Notes under the pieces: generated by a model
What the model was told of the DNA's origin: nothing
Databases searched by the model: none
Seen by the model: only the letters and a program-made list of their open reading frames with translations
Part shown: in pieces, positions 35,939 to 47,050 of the stretch
How the letters are laid out: every line of letters begins with the position of its first letter
Numbering within the stretch: the first letter of the stretch is position 1
NCBI RefSeq assembly: GCF_006345805.1
Contig: NC_043007.1
Location: forward strand, 54,250,001 to 54,314,000
Source: Octopus sinensis
Lineage: Eukaryota
Length of the DNA: 64,000 bases
Reading direction: 5' to 3'
Position numbers and translations under genes: made by a program

Positions 35939-36945
35939 AATGCTCTTAGCTTAGATTTTTGGGGCCTGCCAGATTTGAACAGTCTCAAGTGTAACTGACC
36001 AAAACTGTAAGGTTAATTTGGCAACTTAATTGACGAGAGAAGGCTGTGAATGACCCATCCTTGTTTTTTTCCTGTCCGTCTTTGTATCATTTATCTGTCT
36101 GGATGTTTTATTGTTGTTTGTTGTGTCTTTGTTCCATTTAAAAAAATTTATATATACATAGAGTGGCGTACATACATTTTTGCTCACCTTATAAGTATGT
36201 ATCTAAATTCTGTATGACTCTTTTACTCTTTCTTTAGTCCTCCTCATACCTTCTTTCTTTTCCCTTTTCTTTTTCTTGTTCCCCCTCTCTCACATTTCTT
36301 GGTTTCCTCTTTCTTTAACTCCTACTTTCCATCCTCACTTATCTCCCTTGTACCTTTCTCTATGTCCCTTTGATTTCCTCTCTTTCTCATTCTTTCCTAA
36401 TTCTTCAATCACTCTGCCCCCTACCCCTCTCTTCTCCTTCCACATGACCGGTATTTGGCCAGGTATGATCTTTCTTTCCAGGCTCAACTGCCGGCCACTA
36501 AGCATCTCTTATATTCCTGTCTCATGACTTTCATCTATTATGTTAATCTCAGTGTTCCTACCTCAAGGCTTTCACTCTACACACACCAGCTCAATTTGAT
36601 TCGTCTTTATTAGTTGAAAGACACCTGTCGTTATTTATCTTGCGATTTGTATTTGTGACTGTAACATTTTCTCCATTTTTTTGTCTTTGTTGTCGTACAC
36701 ATTTGCTTGCTTTCTCCCAAAAAATCTAATGCTCTTAGCTTAGATTTTTGAACAGTCTCAAGTGTAACCAGATGAAACTGTAGGATAATTTGACAACTTG
36801 ACTGACTAGAGAAGGCTGTGATTGACCCATCCTTGTTTTATCCTATTCATCTTTTTTATTGTTTTTTCTATCCATCTTTGTATCAGTTATCTGTCCAGAT
36901 GTTTTATTGTCGTTTGTTGCATTCTTGTTCCATCTTTTGGATTTA
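35939..36945 (+). mobile_element. Second, inverted copy of the same direct-repeat element
   Basis: Reverse complement of 34807-35938 including the internal purine/pyrimidine-rich segment. Confidence 0.75.
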
Positions 36946-37084
36946 TATATATATATATATATATATTTATATAAATTTTTACCTCTATGGTTTTAATGCA
37001 TACTACTGATATTATTATTATTATTATTATTATTATTATCATTATTATTATTAATATTATTTTATAACAATAATTTTATACTTT

Positions 37085-37140
<56 letters not shown>

Positions 37141-37145
<5 letters not shown>

Positions 37146-37850
37146 CTATAATTATAAGCATAATTATAATTAGGGTTCAGAAAACTGCTGCACCACATAC
37201 TGAAATTTAGAAATAGTAGTTAAATACTATTCCTCTACCATAAGATATCTCCCAGACAGCAATACTCTTAATTTACACAGGTAAAGAGAAAAAAATAACG
37301 AATCCACTTGACTTTGATCAGCCACATATGCATTTCTGGATTAAAGATTTTTACTTACTTATTTCCGTCTTCAGTGTAGTATTTCAATTGTAAATTTGAG
37401 AGTACTAATATTTAAATACGTATTCGACCAAGCGACATCGAATAGCTAATATCCCAAAACCAGCCATTCCCAAATTTATACAGATGAATGAAAACTCGCA
37501 TTCTTCCCCAATCACCCGAGTGTGTTACGAGTAATCCCGCAGAAACTGCAGTTTACTATCAGGGAGTGAATTATATTTCAATAATAATAAAGGGTAAAAT
37601 TAACTAATTAATTTATAATTAATAATTTTACCAAGTAGTTTGGTATGTTAAAAGAACTTTTATCAGTAGCCTTATACAAAAATTCTATAATTATAAGCAT
37701 AAATATAATTAGGGTTCAGCAAATTGCTTCACCACATACTGAAATTTAGAATTAGCAGTTAAATACTATTCCTCTACCATAAGATATCTCCCAGACAGCA
37801 ATACTCTTAATTTACACAGGTAAAGAGAAAAAACTAACAAATTCACCTGG
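37141..37850 (-). mobile_element. Penelope-like non-autonomous unit: ~170-bp direct repeats (37141, 37680) around a hammerhead motif
   Basis: Repeat is the reverse complement of ~20970-21125; hammerhead core lies between the repeats. Confidence 0.6.
37322..37379 (-). ncRNA. Degenerate type I hammerhead motif
   Basis: CTACA-CTGAAGA...CCA-GAAA-TGCA-TA-TGTGG; palindromic ATGCAT stem III. Confidence 0.55.
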
Positions 37851-38067
37851 CTTACAGAAATGAAGACCAGTGTAGGAACAACAAGCAGGTGTATTAGTTT
37901 AATGCTCAGGAAGAATAGAAAAGACTTTTACATTTTGAGCCTATGCTCTTCGACAGATTAAGAAGAAAACAAAAACAAAACAGAGAGACAATGAAAAGAA
38001 ATGCACAGAGAAAAAAATGTGCAAGGTTCAATGTTCCAACATGATGAGATGCTGAAGCCTGCTTCAA

Positions 38068-38371
38068 ACTTCTGCGACTGTTTTGGCAAGATTTTTACAG
38101 CTAGATACCCTTCCTAACACCAACCACTCAGCAGAGCGGACTTAGTGCTTTTTATGTGGCACAAGCACAGGTGAGGCACTACTCACATCACCTGTGCTTG
38201 TGCCACCTAAAAATCACTATGTCCACTCTGCTGAGCAGTTGGTATTAGGAAGGGCATCCGACTTTAAAAAACCTGCAAAAACAGTCGCAGAAGTCTGGTG
38301 TAGGCTTCGGCCTAGCTGGCTTTTGTGGTACCATACCACCCATGCTAGCATGGAACACGGACGTTAAATGA

Positions 38372-38375
<4 letters not shown>
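38068..38375. repeat. Foldback built from RTE 3' UTR sequence, followed by the RTE tail
   Basis: Arms 38068-38174 and 38188-38294; central 19 bp perfectly inverted. Confidence 0.85.
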
Positions 38376-38440
<65 letters not shown>

Positions 38441-38640
38441 GTGTGTGTGTGTGTGTGTGTGTATACATATATATATGTGTGTGTGTGTGTGTATACATAT
38501 ATATATATATGTTTGTGTATATATATATATGTATATATATATGTATATATATATGTTGTATATATATATATATATATATGTGTGTGTATATATATATATG
38601 TGTGTATATATATATATGTGTGTGTGTGTGTATATATATA

Positions 38641-38672
<32 letters not shown>

Positions 38673-39060
38673 CATATTTGATGCATCTTATGTCCAAATA
38701 TTCTCTCAGGGTTCTTACATATATATATGTATATATGTCCAAATATGTCCAAATATTCTCTCAGGGTTCTTACATATATATATATATAATATAACCACTA
38801 TTAGGCAAATCAAACAGTGAAAAACATAAGCCAATACGTAAAATTAATTAAAAAATATAAAGGTTAAAAATAAAAAATTATTTAAATAATTTAAACTTAT
38901 AAATTTTATATATATATACAAATATATATATGTATGTATGTATATTTTTATATTTATATATTATTTTATTTATTAATTAATTAATTAATTAATTTATTTA
39001 TTTAATTTTTTTTTTAAATATCAAAAGTATTAAAAGTTTAATAAAAGATAAAGAGTAAAA

Positions 39061-39153
39061 CACTACGATCATTTCATGGCTGTACCAATTCGAATAACAA
39101 TAATTTAAATTCAATTAATAATTCGAGTTATGGTTACAGTCAATCTTCAGGTT
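39061..39153 (-). ncRNA. Degenerate type I hammerhead motif with long stem II
   Basis: AAC-CTGAAGA-TTGACTGTAACC...GGTACAGCCAT-GAAA-TGATCG-TA-GTG. Confidence 0.45.
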
Positions 39154-39361
39154 AATTGAAATATATTAAAAATAATCAGAAATATTTAAACAATATTTTT
39201 AAGATATAAATAATATAATAATTTTACTTATAATAAACTCTATTATCAAACTAGAAACTTAAAACTTAACAATTATGATTATATCAAAATCGATTATAAT
39301 GTGAAATATTAATTTTAATTTATAGGGTAAGAAACCCACCAATAATCTAATATCGGTATAG

Positions 39362-39373
39362 TCTATGTATATA

Positions 39374-39422
<49 letters not shown>

Positions 39423-39807
39423 GTGTGTGTGTATATATATATATATATGTATATATATGTATATATATATATGTATATATATATGTATATATATATATAT
39501 GTATATATATATATGTATATATATATAGTATATATATATGTATATATATATGTATATATATATGTATATATATATATATATGTATATATATATGAGTATA
39601 TATATATATGTATATATAATATATGTATGTATATATGTATACATATATGTATATGTATATATATATATGTATACATATATGTATATGTATATATATATAT
39701 GTATGTATATATATATGTATGTATATATATATGTATGTATATATATATATATGTATATATGTATATATATGTATCTATGTATATATGTATGTATATATAT
39801 ATGTATG

Positions 39808-39847
<40 letters not shown>

Positions 39848-39952
39848 TATGTGTGTATATATGTATATGTATGTATATATATATATATGTGTGTATATAT
39901 GTATATATATGTATATATATATATGCATGTATATATATATATATATATATGT
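39362..39952. repeat. (TA)n/(TATG)n array
   Basis: Directly visible. Confidence 0.95.
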
Positions 39953-39999
39953 GCTAAAATTAGAAAGAATCATTATTATTATTATTATTATTATTATTA

Positions 40000-40405
40000 A
40001 AACAGCAAGCTGGCAGAATCGTTAGCATGCCAGGCAGAATGCTTAGCAGCATTTTGTCCATCTTTACATTCTGAGTTCAAATTCTGTTGAGATCGACTTT
40101 GCCTTATGTCCTTTCGTGGTCAATAAATTAAGTACCAGTTGAATACTGGGGTTGATATAATTGACTATCCCTGTCCCCCAAATTTCAGGCCTTGTGCCTA
40201 TAGTAGAAAGTATTATTGTTATTATTATTATTATTATTAAAGTAGCAAGCTGGCAGAATTGTTAGCACTCTGGACAAAACGCTCTGTGGCATTATGTTTT
40301 GAGTTCAAATTCTGCTGAAGTCAGAATCAATAAAATAAGTATCAGTTGAGTACAGGGGTTGGTGTAATCGACTAACTCCCCCTCACCAAATTCCAGGTCT
40401 TGTGC
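40000..40405 (+). mobile_element. Two tandem tRNA-derived SINE copies separated by (TTA)n
   Basis: agcaagctggcagaa(tc/tt)gttagca heads at ~40003 and ~40243; gagttcaaattc B-box-like motif in both. Confidence 0.7.
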
Positions 40406-40424
40406 TTATTATTCTTATTATCAA

Positions 40425-40835
40425 ATTTGCTTCCCAGCCATATTGTTTAGAGTCTAGTCCTACTGTGCAATGCCTTGAGCAAGTATCATCTGTAGCCTCA
40501 AGCTAACCAAAGCTTTGGATGTAGATTTGTTAAACAGACTGAAAAGAACCTCATCATGCATGTGCATGCCCATGCATGCTTGAGTGTGTTTGTTTACATC
40601 TCAGCTTGTTTATTCGAAATCTATGACATCAAGTATTGTTGTTGACACTTCTTTGCCAATAACTCGTCCATTGCTTCATACTTTCAAAGCCATGTGGTTG
40701 AGACAAGAAATCCTTTATGTGAAAAACAGGTAAGGGTCTTCCAGCTGTAAAACAGTGCCCCAATAACGGATCTGTATAACCCATGCTGGCATGGAAAAAT
40801 GAATGTAAAACTAATCATCACCACCATCATCATCA
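40425..40835 (+). mobile_element. Degenerate SINE with RTE-derived tail
   Basis: ttgcttcccagcca head like 41126; ends aacccatgctggcatggaaaa...(CAT)n. Confidence 0.55.
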
Positions 40836-41125
40836 TCTCCTATTTGCCTTTCTGTCCCTTTCTCTGTGTGACTATTGAAACTGTCCTTTTCTAATACTTC
40901 TCATTAATTACTGCTTCAGCAAGTTGCCTACTGAGTTTGAAAATAAATCTCTCTATATATCTTTTTTTTTTTCTGAGTACCAATTCAGCTTGTTATTTGG
41001 TAATGGCATTCATTAATTTATAACTAGGCTATGTGGCTAAATTACTCCCTGGAAAAACCAGATTCTCTTATAGATTAAGCACAACATTTTCCAGTATCTT
41101 CTCTCTTCTTTTTCCTGATATATAT

Positions 41126-41310
41126 ATAGGCACAGGTGTGGCAGTGTGGTTAGGAAGTTTCCTTCCCAACCACATGGTTTCAAGTTCAATCCCATTGCAT
41201 GGCATCTCAAGCTAGTGTTTCCTATTATAGCTCTGAACTGACCAGTGCCTTGGAAGTGAATTTGGCAAACAGAAGCGAAAAGAAGTCTGTCGTGTGTGCA
41301 CATGTATGTG
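41126..41310 (+). mobile_element. tRNA-derived SINE
   Basis: A-box tggcagtgtgg, B-box-like agttcaatccc; same family as 57660-57812. Confidence 0.7.
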
Positions 41311-41384
41311 TGTTCTCTTTCTAATTAGAGTAAATTTTGTCCAGCTGCCTGGTTGTGAAGGAAAGCATCTTGTTTTAACCATCA

Positions 41385-41790
41385 TCCTTTAAATCTTAAG
41401 GTCTTGCAGATTTTTATAGGCCCAGATATTGTGATCATTTCTAACATATGAATTAAGGATTTGTATTTTCTCTCCAAGATCCCAAGTTTAGCCACACTTT
41501 GTCCTTAATGGGTTGGTACATATTCTGTTGCTCCAATAATAAGTATGAAGCTGAAAGTGTATCTGAAAGTATATTTGCAAATTCCTTATCAATGGTCTAT
41601 ATATGTCCTCTCTCTATTGTATTTTTTTAACCATGTTGGTATCCAGAGGGCAGCTGATTTCCACAACAATACGTATATTTTCTTTGTGGTCCCACACAAC
41701 AAGATCTTGCCAGTTGTGTCTTAACTTGGTTGTTGTTTTAGTTTTTAAGTTCCACTAATATTCTTTTGACCCATCAGTCTCAATATGGTC
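41385..41790 (-). mobile_element. R4/NeSL-type LINE 3' fragment, restriction-like endonuclease domain
   Basis: Manual translation: KLRHNWQDLVVWD..VEISCPLDTN..REDIY..L / LIIGATEYVP..LGI..ISGPIKICKT. Confidence 0.65.
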
Positions 41791-41868
41791 ACGTATGTAT
41801 GTATAGGATGGGACAGAGAGGATGGGCGTTTTTAAAAATTTCACAAGATCATTAATTTTAGATGCAAA

Positions 41869-44110
41869 CAAATGGATCAGGTGATGAAGGTTACAGAGAG
41901 GGTCATAAGCCAACTAATTAGAGAGAGAGTTAGTTTAGATGAGATGCAGTTTGGTTTCGTGCCAGGATAAAGTACCACTGATGCTATATTCCTGGTAAGG
42001 CAGCTGCAGGAGAAATACCTAGCCAAAGATAAGGCCATGTACCTGGCTTTTGTTGACATGGAGAAAGCCTTCGACAGGGTCCCCCGATCCCTCATATGGT
42101 GGTCAATGAGGAAACTAGGAATAGAAGAATGGTTAGTGAGAGCTGTGCAAGCCATGTACAGGGACGCTGCTAGTAAGGTGAGGGTTGGAAATGAGTACAG
42201 TGAAGAATTCCGGGTAGAGGTAGGGGTCCACCAAGGCTCAGTCCTCAGCCCCCTCCTATTTATCATAGTCCTCCAGGCAATAACGGAGGAATTCAAGACA
42301 GGATGCCCCTGGGAGCTCCTCTATGCTGATGACCTTGCTCTAATTGCTGAGTCATTATCAGAACTGGAGAAGAAGTTTCAGGTGTGGAAGCATGGTTTAG
42401 AATCGAAGGGCCTTAGAGTCAACCTAGCTAAAACCAAAGTCGTAATAAGTAGGAAGGTAGACAAATCACAAACGCCTTCAGGTAGATGGCCCTGCTCGAT
42501 CTGTAGAAAAGGTGTAGGTAGAAACTCTATAAGATGCACCAAGTGTAAGCTATGGACACATAAGAGGTGCAGCAATGTCATAGGAAGGCTAACTAGGAAG
42601 ATGGTTTTTGTATGTGGCAGATGCTCGGGAGCATTAACCTCTGAAAATCTGCAGAAAACAACTTCCGTCACTTTCCAGGGGGAAAAACTAGAAGTGGTTG
42701 ATAGCTTCCGTTATCTTGGTGACCAAGTCAGTAGTGGGGGTGGGTGTGCTGAAAGTGTAACGGCTAGAGTAAGAATAGCCTGGGCAAAGTTTAGGGAGCT
42801 CTTACCTCTGTTGGTGACTAAAGGCCTCTCGCCCAGAGTAAAAGGCAGACTGTATGATGCATGTGTACGAACAGCCATGCTACATGGCAGTGAAACATGG
42901 GCCGTGACTGCTGAGGACATGCGTAAGCTCGCAAGAAATGAAGCTAGTATGCTCCGTTGGATGTGTAATGTCAGTGTTCATAGTCGACAGAGTGTAAGTA
43001 CCTTGAGAGAAAAGTTGGACCTAAGAGGAATCAGATGTTGTGTGCAAGAGAGACGATTGCGCTGGTATGGTCATGTGGTGAGAATGGATGAAGATAGGTG
43101 TGTGAAAAAGTGCCACACCCTGGCAGTTGAGGGGTCCTGTGGAAGAGGTAGACCCAGGAAAACCTGGGTCGAGGTGGTGAAGCACGACCTTCGAACTCTA
43201 GGTCTCACCAAGGAAATGACCAGAGACCGAGACCTATGGAAGTATGCTGTGCGTGAGAAGACCCGGCAAGACCAGTGAGAACAATCAAAATCAAATCATA
43301 TATCAGAAAGCAGGGGTTAAGTGACCCATCTGTTCGTGTCCGCTGTCAGCCTCGTCTGGCACCCATGCCAGTGATACGTAAAAGCACCATTCGCTCATGG
43401 CCGTTTGCCAGCTCTGCCTGGCCCCGTGTCGGTGGCACGTAAAAGCACCATCTGTTCGCGTCCGTTGCCAGCCTCGGCTGGCCCCCGTGCCGGTGACACG
43501 TAAAAGCACCGTCTGCTCGTGGCCGTTTGCCAGCTCTGTCTGGCAACCGTGTCGGTGGCACGTAAAAGCACCATCTGTTCGCGTCCGTTGCCAGCCTCGG
43601 CTGGCCCCCGTGCCGGTGACACGTAAAAGCACCGTCCGCTCGTGGCCGTTTGCCAGCTCTGTCTGGCAACCGTGTCGGTGGCACGTAAAAGCACCATCCG
43701 TTCGCATCCGTTGCCAGCCTCGGCTGGCCCCCGTGCCGGTGACATGTAAAAGCACCGTCCGTTCGTGGCCGGTTGCCAGTTCTGTCTGGCCCCGTGTCGG
43801 TGGCATGTAAAAGCACCATCCGTTCGTGTCCGTTGCCAGCATCGCCTGGCCCCGAGCCGGTGACACGTAAAAACACCATCCGTTCGTGGCCGTTCACCAG
43901 CTCTGTCTGGCACCTGAGCAGGTGGCACGTAAAAAACACCCACTACACTCGCGGAGTGGTTGGCGTTAGGAAGGGCATCCAGCCGTAGAAACACTGCCAG
44001 ATCTGACTGGGCCTGACGAAGCCTTCCAGCTTCACAGACCCCAGTTGACCAGTCCAACCGATGCTAGCATGGAAAACGGACGCTAAACGATGATGATGAT
44101 GATGATGATG
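41869..44110 (+). mobile_element. RTE LINE, 5'-truncated, best-preserved copy
   Basis: Open 413-aa ORF 42037-43278 (YADD, PHD-type finger, RWYGHV); 61-bp array; (GAT)n tail. Confidence 0.95.
43330..43940 (+). repeat. Ten ~61-bp units (A/B dimer of 123 bp) in the RTE 3' UTR
   Basis: TAAAA(G/A)CACC at 43379, 43440, 43501, 43563, 43624, 43686, 43747, 43808, 43868 and ~43930. Confidence 0.92.
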
Positions 44111-44158
44111 TGTATATATATGTATATATATATGCATGTATATATATATATATGCATG

Positions 44159-44191
<33 letters not shown>

Positions 44192-44212
44192 GTATATATA
44201 TATATGCATGTG

Positions 44213-44247
<35 letters not shown>

Positions 44248-44327
44248 TTAAACGATGATGATGATGATGATGATGATATATATATATGTATGTATATATA
44301 TATATTTAAACAATGATGATGATGATG

Positions 44328-44382
<55 letters not shown>

Positions 44383-45072
44383 TATATGTATGTATATATG
44401 TATGTATATATATATGTATATATGTATGTATATATGTATGTATATATGTATTTATATATATATGTATATATGTATGTATATATATGTATATATGTATGTA
44501 TATATATATGTATATATGTATGTATATATATATATGTATATATGTATGTATATATATATATGTATATATGTATGTATATATGTATGTATATATATATGTA
44601 TGTATATATATATATGTATATATGTATGTATATATATATATGTATATATGTATGTATATATGTATGTATATATATATGTATGTATGTATATATATATGTA
44701 TATATGTATGTATATATATATGTATATATGTATGTATGTATGTATGTATATATATATGTATGTATGTATGTATGTATATATATGTATATATATATGTATA
44801 TATGTATATATATATGTATATATGTATGTATATATATATGTATATATGTATGTATATATATATGTATATATGTATGTATATATATATGTATATATGTATG
44901 TATATGTATATATGTATGTATATATGTATGTATGTATGTATATGTATATATATGTATGTATATATGTATATGTATATATGTATGTATATATGTATATGTA
45001 TATATGTATGTATATATATATATATATGTATATATGTATAAATATATATATGTATGTATGTATGTATATATA
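44110..45072. repeat. (TA)n/(TATG)n array with internal (GAT)n runs
   Basis: Directly visible. Confidence 0.95.
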
Positions 45073-46659
45073 TTTTTTATTTTTTTTATTTTATCCAGTT
45101 TCAGCTCACAAGCTGTGGCCATGCTGGGGCACCGCCATTTGGTGTTGCTACATGATTTTACTTCACGAATGCTTTTTAGCAACTGCCATTTGGTGCATGA
45201 GAGAGTTCGATGCAGCTGCCCTCATCTGCACCTCCTGCCGTGAAGTTGGTTCATCTGGGACACCTGACAGGAAGAGATCCAGTCCTACTTTAAAGACATC
45301 TGCATCCACCCCATGCAGGTCTCTCAGGTTCTTCGGGAGGATATTGAAGAGCTATCACAGTATCTTGTCCTACATCTTGATGGCAAATTTGGAGTCCTTG
45401 GCACCACACAGTGGCGCCCAGTTCTGGCATTTGTGTAACTCTCGATGCCAAAGTTTGGGACAAGTCCTTCTAGGATCTTCCAGATGTATATTATGGCATA
45501 TCTTTCTTGCCTACGCTCTAAGGAATAAAGTCTTAATCTCTTGAGTCTTTCCCAGTAGCTTATATGCTGCACAGAGGCTATCTTCTTCGTGTAGCTTCGT
45601 TGGATCGCCTCAAGTTCTGTGATCAACTTGACACTAGATGGTGACCATAGCTGAGAGCAATAGTCAAAGTGGCTCAGGACAAGTGTCCTCCAGAGGACCA
45701 TCATGGTTTCTTGTTCTCTTGTTCTAAAGGTTCTAAGAATCCATCCGGCCAGCCGCCTACATTTCATTGCCAATTTAGCAACATGTACATGAAAGGTTGC
45801 ATCATCACTCATGTAAATACCCAGGTCTCGCACTGATTGTGCCTCTGTGATTGCAATCCCTCCAGGTCCAGTGTATTCATTGGGTATTGCATTTAGTTTT
45901 GCATGCTGATAGCATAAAGCTTGAAACTTTTCAGCATTGAACTGCATGCTATTCTTTTCAGCCCACTTGTATATTTTGATCAGCTCACATTGCAGGTGCT
46001 TAGTGTCTTCAGGGTTCTGTATTGCCTGTGAGACTTTTGTATCATCTGCATAACTTGTGATCGTGGCTCTCTGCGTGGCTGAGGGCGTTCCTGAGAGGGC
46101 CATTATGAACAGTAGTGGTCCCAAAACAGTGCCCTGCGGAACACTGCTCACTATTTGCATGTTAATGGAAGTGGCCTCATTGGCTACTACCACCTGACTT
46201 CTATCCTTCAGAAAGTCATGAAGCTATTCTCCCAATTTTCCAACTATGCCAAGAGCACGCAGTTTGTGACATATCATTCCATGATCGGCTTTATCGAAGG
46301 CCTTTGCAAAGTCGAGATATATAACTTCCACATTTGAGTGGTTGAGCAGTTGTTTCAGCACCCAGTCATAGTGTTGTAGGAGCTGAGTTAAGCAGCTTCT
46401 TCCCGGTCGGAAACCATGTTGGGTGTCAGGCAGCAAGTCATTTTCTTCAAGGAAGGCGATTAGTTTCCTTCTGACTATTCGTTCCATGACCTTGCTGATG
46501 TGTGAGGTCAGAGAGATAGGTCTGTAGTTCTTGGCCTCCGCTCTGCTACCTTCTTTATGAATAGGGCATATTTTACCTTCCTTCAGTTTTCTTGGAAGCT
46601 TGCCAGTTGCAAGGAAGCTCTGAAAGAGGAACTGCAGTGGTCTTGCTAGGACTCTCTTA
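45073..46659 (-). mobile_element. CR1-clade LINE, 5'-truncated
   Basis: ORFs 46224-46487 and 45324-46193 ([25 protein letters not shown]); 3' motif ggtgccccagcatggcc. Confidence 0.93.
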
Positions 46660-46664
46660 TATAT

Positions 46665-46955
46665 ATGTAAGAACCATGAGAGAATATTTGGACATAAGGT
46701 GTATCAAATGTGGTGTGCAAGAGATACAACTGCACTGGTATGGTCATGTGTTGTATATGGATGAGGACAGCTGTGTGAAGAATTTTCACACCCTAACAGT
46801 GGAAGGAACCTGAGGAAGTGTTGGACCCAAGAAGATCTGAGATGAATTGGTGAAGCACCACTTTTGAACGTTGGGCCTCACAGAGGCAATGACAAGCGGC
46901 CTAGACCTTTGGAGATATGCTGTGCTCGAGAAGATCTGGCAAGCCAAGTGAGATA
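46665..46955 (+). mobile_element. RTE C-terminal fragment
   Basis: GVQEIQLHWYGHVL remnant, then the usual ORF end. Confidence 0.8.
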
Positions 46956-46983
46956 TGTATATATATATATATATTATATATAT

Positions 46984-47026
<43 letters not shown>

Positions 47027-47050
47027 GTATATATGTATATATATATATAT

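Noticed and set aside
37925-37965. Hammerhead-like CTGTCGAAGAGC-atag-GCTCAAAA on the minus strand
   Set aside because: Two core positions are mutated and stem I is absent; at most a dead PLE terminus
43370-43935. Array of TACGTG (HIF-response-like) motifs on the minus strand
   Set aside because: A 6-mer within a repeat unit; no evidence of function beyond a motif match
43330-43940. CRISPR-like array (constant ~20-nt motif with spacers)
   Set aside because: The spacers are homologous to each other, there are no cas genes, and the array lies in a eukaryotic LINE 3' UTR
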